Below, one piece after another: positions 1 to 13,312 of a DNA stretch of 64,000 bases. The notes beneath the pieces are model-generated. The model did no database searches, was not told the DNA's origin, and was given only the letters and a program-made list of their open reading frames with translations. Made by a program: the position numbers and the translations under genes. Each line of letters opens with the position of its first letter. Position 1 is the first letter of the stretch. Source of the stretch: Chrysomallon squamiferum (taxonomy: Eukaryota; Animalia; Mollusca); the NCBI GenBank assembly GCA_012295275.1, contig CM022677.1:7626001-7690000 (forward strand), read 5' to 3'.

Positions 1-504
1 TCACTAGATTGATATACTGAAAGTTACAGAAAAATTTCTGCAACCTGTGGTGTGTGAAATTTGTGTTTGTCTGTTGAGCTTGTTATTGTTAGTGATAAAC
101 ACAGCTAATCAGTTGTTTTGTCAAGACTAAAGTTTACTTAGTTGCCTTAAATCTTTACCTAGAGATAATGATTACTTTACTGCAAACTCAATTATTATTA
201 ATATTTTCATTATAATACTTTACTTGGTGCCATGGGGATTCCCCTAAGTTGTAAATGTGTATCTGTCTCAGGCAGGTACAACCCTAGTTGACTTGCTCTT
301 CTGGTCAGTATGGGATCTATGTATGCAGTATATTATAAATACCGTAACACTAGAACAGAACAAACACAAGCACTTTTGAAAACAGTATTCACATAACATT
401 GAACATTCAACAGTAAAGATGAATGGAAATATTGTCATCTGTCACATCAATCACATACGGGTTAATACAATGAAACCAGCAAACATATAAATAACTAGTT
501 ACCA

Positions 505-1048
505 GGTGTGTTTAAGGGACAGTGATGGTTCCACAATTCTCTCCTAACAAAAAAAATATCCAGGCTTTTATAAGAAAAAAAGGGACTTGTTTAATTTGGC
601 AGTGAACTTTGCCACTAGACGTGTGTTGCCAGATCATTCTTTAAAACAAGAACCTGTAACACTGAGGCATTTTGTTGATTCGGCAGACAGAATCAACAGT
701 CAGGATACATGACTTTTACAGGTGGAAAATTCTTCCCTCACACTTGGTAACATTATTTATTAAAGGGACAAGCTAGGTGAAAACCAAATCCATTATCTTT
801 TATGTTATAGAATTGAAAAATGTGATTATTTTTGTGGTAAATTTCTATATGTTAAAACAAAAGAAGAAAAAGCATCATATTTTATGAATATTTTAAAATG
901 TTTAACTTTCCTGTTACCAGATGGAACTGTCAGCTTTCACACAGTGTCACTGTTCCTGTGATGACAGACACACTAAAATACACTGGAGATGGATGTACTG
1001 TAGCTGTTGTCTATAGTTTCTATTGTCTGCAGTGTCTCAGTTTTCATG
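505..1048 (+). pseudogene. Two degenerate exon-like segments (possible SEA/EGF/TM-type membrane protein fragment)
   Basis: AG...GT bounded, less AT-rich segments at ~505-747 and 921-1048. The second reads, across frameshifts, as Cys-rich 'CHCSCDD...YTGDGC' followed by hydrophobic 'LLSIVSIVCSVSVFM'. Stops and frameshifts present; identity is a weak inference. Confidence 0.2.
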
Positions 1049-1216
1049 GTTTGTTTAGTAGCACAATTTTTGTAAATAAAATAATATATCAGATGGTAAC
1101 TTTAAAATTTAGCATTAAATTTATGAATGTTAATAGTGACAGATTTGTTGTTTTTAAATTTTATGTTTCATAATGGACAAATTCGTATTTTATTATTAGG
1201 TCAGGCTTTTTGTTAG

Positions 1217-1265
<49 letters not shown>
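1217..1265. repeat. (CT)n microsatellite
   Basis: Pure CT dinucleotide run. Confidence 0.95.
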
Positions 1266-1267
<2 letters not shown>

Positions 1268-3417
1268 GTTATTAAATATGTATTGCCTCATTGTTATTTA
1301 TTTATTTTTCAGATATGTTTGAAAGATGGGTTAGGAACAGCTAATTCTTTATGTAATCTACACCTCATCAAAACATTCTGTGAACAGAATCTTACCATCT
1401 ACTTTTTCCACTTGATAAAACTGACATCTTCTGAATGGTCAGGAAACAGAAAATAAGTTTTGTGAGAATTTTTAGTTATGGTTCAGGATTTTATGTTAAA
1501 AAAATGTACATTGCAAGCCAAAAATTGTATTATATCTTTTATTATATGAATTTATGAAATTTGTAATTGTACTGGAAAAATGTATCAGTTTTAGTGTACA
1601 GACTGATGAATGCTTTTACCTATGTAAATATATTTTTATTATTTAAAATGGAAGCTTTCAGGTTTTTTGAAGATCCTTACATAATGTCAGTATTTCAGAA
1701 GCTCTCAATAAAGAAAGTTAATTTTAAATGAGTGCTCCTCAGTTAAATTTTATGAAGATTTATTTCATCAGACAGCTTACATTGCAGGGTTTATTATTAT
1801 TTTTATTAATGTTAATTCAGCATCTCGCTATGGTAATGGAGGTCAAATGTCACGAAAACCAAGTACACATTAGCTTTCACAAAACTGAGTCGAGATCCAG
1901 AACTAAACAAATCAAACTCTACTCCGAGAGTATTCACTTAATCAAAGTGGTTAGAGTGCATGATAACTTAGAATACTTCATTATTTCCATATTTCCATTA
2001 GCATTGTTTTATTCTTGTTTCTGGTGTCAACAATCATTATATATTCTTTATCTTATGTTTTTTTAATTCTTCTTATATTTTTATTATTATTTTATTTTTT
2101 TATTTGTTATTCTTTCATCTCTATATTTATTTTTCCATCATTAACATCATTCCTCCATACATATATACTTTAACAGACTGAGTATGCCAGCATTATACAC
2201 TAATTTACTCAGTCTGTGAGGTTTTGGTTTACAGTTCTGATATTTTGTGATATATAGATAAATTAAAAAAAAAAAAAAAAATAAAATATTGGGTAAGTCA
2301 TCCTTTATATACAAGCCTGTTAAAATATTGTTATTCTTTATTACTAGGAAATGCTGGTACCAGTCAACATGGAATATATAAATTACAGCATCACACATAT
2401 TCATTAAGTTCAATTTTTATAAGTAAAATTAACTAATTTTATCATCCATTAGTTTAAAACATATTTATCATTTCTTCATTTAGTCATCCACACTTGTTTT
2501 CATCATTCTGTCATCTGTATTAACTTTACTTTTTTAAATTTAATCAGTTCTTGGAGGTTTTTAAAAAAAATGTGTAGCATTATTATCTTTATTATTATTA
2601 TTATCTAAAAACCTTTTTGCTTTTCACTTAATTTTCACTTGGCTTATTTACAGAATTTTCATCACATATCAAAAATAGTGACTGTAGAACTTCAAAAAAC
2701 AAAACAAATAATAATAATAAAATAAAAATAAAAATAAAGCTTTTTTGAAATCCATGAATTCAAGTTATTCTTTTAATATGTCAGATTAGTAATTTATTGT
2801 TTTAAATAATTATAATATAAAATATAATTCAAAAATATTTCAGTTTTTGTGTGTTATAGAAACACATTTAATTTTTTGACAAAGTGCACACATGAATGTA
2901 AGCAGAATTTTCAGAATGTATACCATATTGAAACATGCATCAAAATAATGATATTAATAATGTAGTTATATCATAAATTATCTTTTCTGGTAAATTTTAT
3001 TTTAAATTTTTATTTGCAGGTTAAATTAGCTTTATACTTGTTTATTAATTTTCTTATTTTTAAAGCCCTGCTCATTATTATTATTAATCTAAATTAAGCC
3101 ATTGCTAAATTTAATGGACCAGAAATATTGAAATCTGTAGTTTACTATCTGTATTGATCATTCATAACAGATGTATCTATTTTAGCTTTTTTAAACTATT
3201 GACTTTGTAATTCACTCATAATGACCATGATAAATAAATCTTACTGTAATTTTATAGTTATACCATCGTACATTATAATATTTTCAATGGTTTGGTTAAT
3301 TATACAGTATGAATATTTTTATTAAGTGTTTAAGAACATTATTCCAGTCATTTCTGTATGGATAATGACAGAGTCTTTCAAGTTAATGTCTCATATCAAA
3401 TGGCAAATGTAAAAAAT

Positions 3418-3452
<35 letters not shown>

Positions 3453-5020
3453 GTCATTATTATTATTATTATTACTATTACCACTACTATTATTACTACC
3501 ACTACTATTACTACTGTTATAAAAATTATTATTATTAAAAGTCACCTGTCTTCATTTTTCCAGTTTCATTCCTAATGAATTAACTAAAAGGAATAATGCC
3601 GTAATTGTTTCATGATGGTATTACAACGGCTGTTTTGCTAAGTGAGAGATGATTCTTGCTTTATAAAACAAAATGTTCTCTTTTACAGTTTAAGAGTATG
3701 TTCTTGATGTGAAAGAATAAAAAGAAATAAAATGTATAATATGTATGTAGAAATTTAAAGAATGTTTAGATGCACCAGTTTCTACAACTGATTACATCTG
3801 GAAAGAGTTTCATATCGGCGGGCTTTGTGTTTGTAAACAAAACAAAACCTTTAAAAATCAGATAATTTCCGTTTAGTTGGCCCAATTATCTGTTAAAAAT
3901 ATTTAAAATATATATATATGTTTTGTTAACATTAAATATGCAAGTATGTAGATTTTGTATTTTTTGCCACTATGGTAAAAAATTCATGAATAGATTGTCA
4001 TGACAGTTTAATTTAAAAATGTTTTAAATATATGTAAATTTCACTTTTGTCAGCTCCTGTATAAAACAAAAATTAATTAAAAATAGATTGTATCAAAACA
4101 TTTAAAATAAATTTTAAATGATATAAATTTCTCATTTGATGGCCTATAATCTGTTCAAATTTAATTATATGTAAACGTGCCCTTTGGAAACCTAGATCAG
4201 TAAAAACGTACAAAAAAACATTGTAAAGGCACGTACTGAATCTGAAATAATATGCGAATGTGTTTTGTGGCTGGTGTGAATAGTTACTTCATTATAAAGC
4301 AAACATCACGATGGGAAATGGGCGTTATCATGTTTAATGTTAATTTGTATGCAATAAAAAAAACCATCCATTTCAGCTAAGAATGTTGTTTAGTTTTATT
4401 TCCTAATGAAGGAACCCAGTGAATAGGCAGAATTATTTATAATAATAATAATAATGGTAATAGTAATAACAACAGTAAGGGGAATAAAAATAAATATAAT
4501 AATAGTAATAATAATAAAAAAATAATAAAATAATTCAAATTAATTATCTCTATTCAGAAATAGCTAATGTGAGTTTGTTATTTTTATTCTCTCTTGATAA
4601 AATACTGAGGTAACAATATGCTTTTTTCAAAATCTGATATAGAAAAATAGGTTACATTTATTGTTGCTAATTCTAACAACTATTTCATTCCAAAACTAGA
4701 TGTCAAAGTCCAAATTTGTCTAACGTTGTGGTGGAATTTAAGACTGTTTTTATTCTGCTGAAAATTTAGTTAACTTGGCTGCACACTGAGTTTGAAATAC
4801 AGTGATGTCACTTCTAGCTCTGTTCTTCACTTTAATTTCTGACTATATCCAAGCCCAAAAATTTAAAATAAATAAGTTAAACAAAATTAATAAATAATAA
4901 TTAATAATAATAAATACATCAAATAAATAAAATAATTATGAAAAGAGATAGAAACACGTGAATGAGGCAGAGAATTAGACTGAGACAATTTAGAGACAAC
5001 GAGACAGTGACAAAGGCGGA

Positions 5021-5172
5021 CAAAGAATAAAGAGAATATATAAATATATATATTTCATTAACGTTTTACTCAAAGAATAAAGAGAATATATAAATATATA
5101 TATTTCATTAACGTTTTACTCAAAGAATAAAGAGAATATATAAATATATATATATTTCTTTAATGTTTTCCT
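5021..5172. repeat. 50-bp tandem repeat x3
   Basis: CAAAGAATAAAGAGAATATATAAATATATATATTTCATTAACGTTTTACT starts at 5021, 5071 and 5121. Two units in the inverted copy at ~62490-62585. Confidence 0.9.
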
Positions 5173-5344
5173 CATCTGTCATACTAAAAATAAAACCATT
5201 CTCATAGATAAATGAGACAATTCCAGTGAAAGTCTGTCACTGTTGTAATTGTGCATAGTGAAATTTCTACATATTTTTAATAATGTTTTTATATATATAT
5301 TTTTAAAAGAATAATGATAAGCACTCAAAAAACATTACGAATGA

Positions 5345-5665
5345 CCGGTTTACGATGGCAACGACGGCGAAATTAACGGAGATAATAATATATTTTAATA
5401 CGGGATGGGCACGTTCAGAAAATAAGCATAACATGAATGAAAAACGAAAATGAATAATGAGGAGTACACCAATAACGTCGGTACGACGGCAACGAGGTCG
5501 ACATCAGTAGAAATTACAATATAATATTTTAATATGTGATGTCCGCGTTCATAACGTATGAGAAATAATTAATAAAAAGCGCTGAAGACTAATGAGAACT
5601 ACTCCAATAAAACTAGGAACAACGCCGTTACAAAGGCAACGACGGCGTCATTAATAGAAATAGTT
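5345..5665 (+). repeat. CpG-containing ~135-145 bp diverged tandem repeat
   Basis: Core TACGA(T/C)GGCAACGACGGCG recurs at ~5351, ~5483 and ~5629. Reverse-complement copies at 7955-8260 and 61995-62325. Confidence 0.8.
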
Positions 5666-5918
5666 TTTAACATGTAAAACTAACTTGAAAGTACTCAGTA
5701 AATAAAGACGAAACATGACCCCTATTTAAACTTCGGATTTAAAACTCCAGTGAGTTAGATCTCCAGTGAGGTATCCAGTTTCATATTTAGTCATGTTTTT
5801 AAAACATCGTTCTTTTTTAATTTATATTTTTATATTTGCACTTTTTGTTCGTGCGGTTGTTTCCCCTATTTTATTTTGTTGTTAATAATTTTATAATTGT
5901 TTATATATATATGTTGTT

Positions 5919-5950
<32 letters not shown>

Positions 5951-7069
5951 CAGCAGAACTTTGTACATAATTAATTGCTGGTTGAACAATGATATTTACG
6001 GTTTGTAGATTAATTATGTTGAGAAAGGTTAATATCATATTTTATTAATATCGTATATTTATATCAGGTTATATTTTAAAATCTCAGAGTTAATTTCCTG
6101 AAATCACGATAGTGTGTACTGATTAGCTGAGAACAAACGAATTCAACACGTTATTTTATTATGCGAAATTGAACTTTTTCATTACATTCATTAAAAGGGG
6201 TACATCAGCACAAGTTGTATAGGATAATATACTTTACATTTCAGATTACACCTGAAGTCATCTTATTACATTAGATATTAATACAACCACTCCACCAGTA
6301 ATAATCTATATAACAATGAAGCAGACACCAACATTGTCCTGATTTTTTTGTCAACAGCAGAACCATAACAACAATAATAATATCTTTATTTCTCATTTTA
6401 TTTTTATTTTTATGTAAAAACGGAAGCTTCCTATATATGTTTGACGCTATTCTCTTAGTTTCATTAGAACTGTTCTGAGTGCGGATATAAAAATTACTTC
6501 GAATTTTTTATTAGGCCGCGTGAAGTTATCAGATAAATCAGATTTATTCTTAGTGTATTGTTTCTGTCGAGATAAAAACTAAATACTTCTTTTTAAAAAA
6601 GTATATAATAATGATAATAATGATTTATTTATAATGTAATTACTTGAGAAATCGTGAACTTTTATCAAAACCACAGCTAACTAAAGAATATCGCTATTTG
6701 CACTGATAATGTTACCCCAAAATAACCCTTGTTTTATCATGTCTCTGTTATTTATATGGCATTTTAACATTATATTAATTAGAGATTATAAGTTATATTT
6801 ATTGAATAAATATGGAATCTCATTCTCGATTATTAACTTACTTTTAGATGTGTTTAAGAAATATTAATGATATATTCTTAATTACATAATTTGTTAGCTG
6901 AATTTTAGATTAATTATGTAATTTCATCTAGAGAGAGAGTTGTAAATTGTGTCGCGTAATATCATGTTACAGCGATCGTAAAACACAATATCACATAGGA
7001 GGAAAATGTCCCAAAATAAATAGTTGGGTATTTTAAAAACGTTATTTGATTCAGATGGTAATTTTTATA

Positions 7070-7250
7070 TTTAATCGTATCAAAATTATTTAAACATATT
7101 AAAATATAGTTAATCATATCAACATATATTTAATCATATCAAAATTATTTAAACATATTAAAATATATTTAATCATATCAAAATATACTTAATCATATCA
7201 AAATATATTTAATTGTTTCAAAATATATTTAATTATATCTGAATATGTTT
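7070..7250. repeat. ~21-bp AT-rich minisatellite (TTAATCATATCAAAATATATT-like)
   Basis: About 8 diverged units; inverted counterpart at 36530-36690. Confidence 0.8.
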
Positions 7251-8244
7251 GTCTTAAACGTTTTATTTGCTACTATGCAGCCACGTACTTACCTTCTAAT
7301 TAACGGTTCTATTTTGTAAACTCTTCAGAAAATGAAATATATTTCATTATTTTCTGCAAGTGATTATGTGCGTTTGTGCGTGTGTCTGTGTGTCCATATC
7401 TGTCTGTCTGTATAAAAATGTAAACGTATCTTATTTAAATTTATTTTGTGAATACGAATGTGTACGTAAAGTGCCTTTTGAAAACTGCGAATGTGAAAAA
7501 GGACTCAATATTTGTATTGAAATGTACGCAAACTAATAAAAATATTTTCCTTATATCAATTCAGGTCTTTTGTTTTATGATTTACAGACAACGATCAAGT
7601 GTGTTAAGAGAATTTGCATTATCCTCAGTTGAAGAAATCACAGTTGTTTTCACACGAGTGTTTACAATGTTCTATGAAAAAGGATATATTTTCAGAGATA
7701 GGTTTGATGCTGAAGTGTGCACTTGTTTAACCAACACAGCATGTTTTTCTGAGACTACTGGGTTCAAGATAAATAAACTGTAACGAAAATTACAAACAAC
7801 TTTTCTTGCGTTCAAATCCTATACTAAAATGTATTATTACTATATCTATTAATATCACCATAGTTGCTGTCCTTGTTCCTAGCTTTGTTGCTGTACATCT
7901 CATTATTGTTTTGCGCTTTTTATTAGTCATTACTCATACTTTCTGAGTAAATTGTATTATTGTAATTTCTATTAATGTCGCCGTCGTTGCCGTCGTACCG
8001 GCATATTCCTAACGTAGTTATTAGAGTGCTTCTCATTGTTCTTCTTTGTTTTTTATCACCTATTATTCTTATTTCTTATTTCTGCGCATCCTGTATTAAA
8101 ATATATTATTAATACATCTTTATTATTAGTGTTAACGTTGGAGACGCTGCTGTCGTACCTGTGTTGTCCTTCAAGGCTTGGTGTTTATTATTCTTTTTCG
8201 CATTTTACGATTCTTACTTACCTACAGTGCGTATCCAGTATTGA

Positions 8245-9000
8245 AATTACTGTTATTATTACTGATATTACCACTAATTTACTGCTATTTCTACTAATCT
8301 GCCGCCGTTTCTTTATCGATACTATCGCCATTACTACTAATCTCTCACTGTTACTTCAGCAATACTACTTCTATTACTATTAATCTGTCAGTTACTTCAT
8401 CGATACTTTTGATATTACTACTAATCTGTCACTGTTACTGCGTGAATAATATTGTTATTACTTCTAATCTGCCTGTATTACTTTAGCGATACTACTGTTA
8501 TCACTACTAATCTACCATTTACTTTAGTGATAGTACTGATATGTCACTGTTACTTCAGTGATACTATCGATATTACTGCTATGTCCCTGTTACTTCAGTG
8601 ATACTATCGATATTACTGCTAATCTGCCACTGTTACTTCAGCAATATTACTGCTATTACTACTAATCTATCACTGTTACTTCAGCGATACTACTGCTATT
8701 GTTACTAATCTACCATTGTTATTCAGCGATACTGCTGATATTACTACTAATCACTTTTAGTTCAGCAATACCACTGCTATTATTACTAATCTATCAGTTA
8801 CTTCAGCAATACTACGCTATTATTATTAATCTGCCACTGTTACATCAGCCATACTACTAATATTACTACTAATCTGCCACTGTTATTTCAGCCATACTAC
8901 TGCTATTGCTACTAATCTGTCATTAATATTACTAATATTTCAGCCATACTACTGATATTACTACTAATCTGTCACTGTTATTTCAACCATACTACTGATA
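8245..9000. repeat. ~43-bp minisatellite (TTACTACTAATCTGTCACTGTTACTTCAGCGATACTACTGATA)
   Basis: Roughly 17-18 diverged tandem units, e.g. starting at 8331 and 8374. Confidence 0.9.
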
Positions 9001-9196
9001 TATAAATGGAATATAAAACATGCATTATAACTTTAGAAATGTGCTGTTTAATTCTTTACGGTTGTGGTTATCAATATACCTAATGTAATTCCACTAAATC
9101 ATTAACAACTGAATGTTTTTGTTTTTTGTGGGTTTTGGGGGGTTTTTTTTAAGAGAAATCCCTAATATTATTTGAGTCATTTTTCACTTTTGTAGG

Positions 9197-9401
9197 CAGA
9201 GAAGTATAATTATTGCTTGTTACCTGGACACAAGACATTTGTTTCACATGCTTCTTGAAGATTCCTCTTCGTATCTGTGCATGTTCGTATCTCAAATCTT
9301 ATTCTAGTGCCTCTACCACATGTTTCACTACAACTACCCAGTCTCTGAAGTGTCCATGCAGACCAGGCACCATCAACTATAAGCGTGAAATTAAAGAATA
9401 A
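9197..9401 (+). other. Isolated exon-like segment, Cys-rich in one frame
   Basis: Preceded by a polypyrimidine tract and TAG (9180-9196). One frame reads ICFTCFLKIPLRICACSY...TTCF...LKCPCRP, a loosely RING-like spacing. AATAAA follows. Confidence 0.2.
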
Positions 9402-9532
9402 ATAAATTAATATAAAAATATATATATCACAAATGAATTAAATATTCTTTAATTGCGCTTGAATATTAAGGTTCTTAAATATCTTTAAGACAGGTTATTG
9501 ATCAGATATGCAAAATTATCTATGAATTAATG

Positions 9533-10401
9533 CAGTGGTTCTCAATCATGTTTTGCCAACGGTACACCTGGCTAAATATATATGAAAAAGTATTTGAATT
9601 TTGCAAAATAAAAACATGGCAAGTCATAGACGGCATACAACCGTACACACAGACTAGTCATAGACACATAGAATAACTCAAACTAAATAAAGAAAAACAC
9701 AGCTATACTTTATTGCAGTGTTTCGAATGTTATCAGTCAAATAGCTGGCTTCTTTAGTGAGAAATTTGTGCCTGGCTTTTTTTCATAATTTCCTCAGTGT
9801 TTGGTCATTGTATGTAATATCTCGTGCTTCATGTTTTTGATGTTGCCTAATTCACATATATACGGTTGAAAATTGTAATAAAATTGCTAAAACTCTTTTA
9901 CATAATTATAGGATACATCTCTTGTATTGAAATCCAAAATGAATGAATGGGCAGAGTCGAATGTTTTAATTTTAGAAAGTGCTGCCAATTCATCTTCTTC
10001 CTGTAACTCAAGTTCAATGTTGGAAGAATGATTTATGAAAGGATCTCTAATCCAATCATACTTTTCTGTCTTTAATGACGGAAAGTTATTGTTGATGGGC
10101 TGTCCAGGGCTGTCAGATGAGTAAACACAATAGGGATCACTTCTCTAATGCAGGTAGAACGCAATAAAGCGAACATATAAAGGTGGACAGTGATTGCTCT
10201 TTTTTTTCCCAAATCACTATTTTCTTTTTGAGGGCAACTAACTTGTCTGTTGAAGTGAGAATATTTTGGGATCACGTGGTTTTATTTTGGGATCACGTGG
10301 TTTTTCGCATTTTCTTAGTGTGCCGTTCAAAATTTTGCGGCACACATAGGAAGATCTCGTGGCACACCTGTGCGCCGCGGCACACTGGTTGAGAATCACT
10401 G
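9533..10401 (-). mobile_element. Non-autonomous hAT (Charlie/Buster-type) deletion derivative
   Basis: TIRs CAGTGGTTCTCAA (9533) and TTGAGAATCACTG (ends 10401); perfect 8-bp TSD AATTAATG at 9525-9532 and 10402-10409. Minus strand ~9760-10075 encodes broken C-terminal transposase text (EKYDWIRDPFINH...ELQEEDELAAL...HSFWISIQEMYP...CELG...KKSQAQISH*), typical of ZBED5/Buster-like hAT dimerisation regions. Confidence 0.92.
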
Positions 10402-10617
10402 AATTAATGTTATACTAATCGTGTTATAAGGCAGAATATTGATAAACATTATTTACACCTCAAAGTATTTGTGTAAACTGTTTAACAAATATAAATTGAT
10501 TGACAAGATAAATATATGTAATTATTTAAAATCATTTTTAAAATCTCTAATAATGCTTGCAGGAGGCAGTGGATTGGAAAATAGATGAAAAACAAATACA
10601 AAATAAAGAAATGCATA

Positions 10618-10810
10618 GCTTAATTTATGTGTTTGTTGTGTATGTGTTTTTGTATGCAAATGTGTGCACCAACACACACCAATGTAAACACACATGGATT
10701 CATATATTTTATTTATACTCGTCAATATTCAGTCGATTTTCAGAAGCTTACCTCTATCAGACAGTGTGTAAGTGCATGCGTGCATGTGTATGTATGTGTA
10801 TGCATGTGTA
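10618..10810 (+). repeat. Dispersed duplicate (second copy 16597-16785)
   Basis: TGTATGCAAATGTGT.CACCAACACAC...CATGGATTCATATAT...CTCGTCAATATTCAGTC...GTGCATGCGTGCATG is present at both sites in the same orientation. Confidence 0.85.
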
Positions 10811-10949
10811 TGCACGGATAGATAGATCAGATAGATCCTGAAGTCACTATCAGTAATTGCAATATATGATCACTAGATAAGTTTCTATATTTTCAGTCGG
10901 TAATTCGAGATTCCATTTATCACATATGGATAATTAGCGTACGTAAGCT

Positions 10950-12330
10950 TAGTGAGTACATCTCACGTAAGGCTAAAGTTGCGAGCACATATCACTAAAG
11001 AGAGATAACTCTAATCGATATAATTTTTATTTTATTTAGTGAGTACATGTCACGTAAGGGAGATAACTGTAATCGATACAATTTTCACTTTGCTTAGTGA
11101 GTACATCTCACATAAGGGACATAACTCTAATCTATGTTTGTGAGCACATATCACTGAACTGTAATCAATATAGCCTTTACTTCGCCGAGTTAACTCCTCC
11201 CACCTCTGGTGACACATCATGGGGTATGACCCATGTTATATACAGGGTGGCCCAGATCGTTCAGTGGTTGATTCTGTTACTTTTTTGCACATTTCCGTGA
11301 AGCAGACTTGAAATCAGTGATCATCGATTGAGCTTTCGGGTTCGGTTACATCTGGGCCACCCTGTATAAAGAAAGTGATGTTTCCACAATATTTCGTAGA
11401 TGAATCTCGAATCGGAAAGTACTGCTGATGTCTCCAAAAACGCCGAGATTCAATCCCACGATCTCACGCACATGAACATGCTTACAAGAAACATTATATT
11501 TTCAACTTGGTTCTGTACCTTCACAAGCTGTGAGGGTGGGGTACTAGGGCAGGGGGGCAGGGGCCATGCGTTTTTATTTCTTTAACTATTTTTTGTTTAT
11601 TGTTCTGCTGTTACAATCTTCTGTTATGTGAATAATGTTTTTATTAGAATTATTTTTTCTTAACTTGGCTGAATAATTAAATAGCATTTCTTTAGCACTT
11701 AACTAAATGAATTAAATGAAACAGAAATCTAAGAAACTACATCATTATTCTTTTTTATTTCATTTTTCAAGATAACTCTAATCGATATAATTTCCACTTT
11801 GCTTAGTGAATACATCTCACGTAAGGGACATAACTCTAATCTACGTTTGTGAACACATATCACTAGAGGGAGATAAGTGTAATCGATATAATTTTTAATT
11901 TGTTTACTGAGTACATCTCATGTAAGGGACCTAACTCTAATCTATGTTTGTGAGCACATATCACTAAACTGTAATCAATATAGCCTTTACTTCGCCGAGT
12001 AAACTCCTCCCACCTCTGGTGACACATCACGGGGTATGACCCATGTTATATATAAAGAAAGTGATGTTTCCACAATATTTCGTAGATGAATCTGGAATCG
12101 GATTCCATCGGATTCCAAAAGTACTGCTGATGTCTCCAAAAACGCCGAGATTCAATCCCACGATCTCACACATATGAACATGCTTACAAGAAACCTTAAA
12201 GTTCGAACTTGGTTCAGTATCTTCACAAGCTGTGAGGGTGGGGTACTAGGGCAGGGGGGTAGGGGCCATGAGTTTTTATTTCTTAAACTATTTTGTTTTA
12301 TTATTGTTCTGCTGTTACAATCTTCTATAT
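10950..12330 (+). repeat. Local tandem duplication (~11060-11625 vs ~11770-12328) with short internal subrepeats
   Basis: Near-identical text, e.g. CTCCTCCCACCTCTGGTGACACATCA at 11194 and 12004, and CACAAGCTGTGAGGGTGGGGTACTAGGGCAGGGGG at 11522 and 12224. The subrepeat AGTGAGTACATCTCACGTAAGG occurs several times. Confidence 0.9.
11243..11364. mobile_element. 122-bp Tc1/mariner-type MITE
   Basis: 15-bp TIRs CAGGGTGGCCCAGAT / ATCTGGGCCACCCTG flanked by TA. The paralogous empty site at 12041-12060 lacks the element and one TA. Confidence 0.92.
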
Positions 12331-12357
12331 TGAATAAACAATGTCTTAATAATAGTT

Positions 12358-13312
12358 ACCAGCGAATATATTCACAAATAGAGTTATTTCCCTTTAATAT
12401 GAAAACGAATACTTTCTTGGATGACATTATCTCCCCTTTCTTATATTATAAAAGGGTTTATCAGATAACTTTGTTCGTTTTAACCTGAATAATCAAGAGA
12501 AAAAATGTAACGAACGGGAGATAACTCTACATAGGAATATGTTCGTAATCAAGGAGAAAAATGTAACAAAGGGGAGATACCTCTATCCGAGAGGTTATTC
12601 GTTTTCATGTTAAAGGGATATAAATCTATATAGGAATATGTTCGTTTTAACCTGAATAATCAAGGATGAAAATCTAACAGAGGGGACATAACTCTATATA
12701 GGAATATGTTCGTTTTAACCTGAATAATCAAGAGAAAAATGTAACGAAGGGGAGATAACTCTATATAGGAATATGTTCGTTTTAATCTGAATAATCAAGG
12801 AGAAAAATCTAACAAAGGGGACATAACTCTACATAGGAATATGTTCGTTTTAACCTGAATAATCAAAAGAAAAATGTAACCAAGGGGAGATACCTCCATC
12901 CGAGTGGTTATTCGTTTTCATGTTAAAGGGAGATAAATCTATATAGGAATATGTTCGTTTTAACCTGAATAATCAAGGAGAAACATGTAACAAAGGGGAG
13001 ATACCTCCATCCGAGAGGTTATTCGTTTTCAAGTTAAAGGGAGATAAATCTATATAGGAATATCTTCGTTTTAACCTGAATAATCAAGGATGAATATCTA
13101 ACAAAGGGGACATAACTCTATATAGGAATATGTTCGTTTTAACCTGAATAATCAAGAGAAAAATGTAACGAAGGGGAGATCACTCTATATAGGAATATGT
13201 TCGTTTTAACCTGAATAATCAAGAGAAAAATGTAACAAAGGGAAGATAACTCTATCCGAGAGGTTATTCGTTTTCATGTTAAAGGGAGAGAATATCAATA
13301 TATTCGCTTGTG
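12358..13312. mobile_element. TIR-bounded non-autonomous element carrying a two-monomer minisatellite array
   Basis: Left end (CCAGCGAATATATT...CCCTTTAATATGAAAACGAATA...TATCTCCCCTTT, 12359-12440) is the reverse complement of the right end (AAAGGGAAGATAACTC...TATTCGTTTTCATGTTAAAGGG...AATATATTCGCTTG, 13237-13311). Interior 12465-13290 consists of ~67-bp and ~44-bp monomers. Superfamily and TSD not determined. Confidence 0.65.

Larger units (their letters stand above)
1540..7745 (+). repeat. Copy 1 of a ~6 kb triplicated non-coding block
   Basis: Reverse-complement matches read by eye: 1545-1950 vs 42085-42505; 1970-2230 vs 41420-41670; 2960-3140 vs 41095-41280; 3140-5240 vs 37150-38745 and 62390-64000; 5260-5900 vs 61770-62400; 6280-6960 vs 36330-37040 and 60320-61010; 7400-7745 vs 35760-36120 and 59400-59770. 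Confidence 0.9.

Noticed and set aside
12465-13290. CRISPR-like appearance of regularly spaced repeats (also 8245-9000, 53570-53850)
   Set aside because: No unique spacers, no cas genes, eukaryotic context; these are minisatellites.
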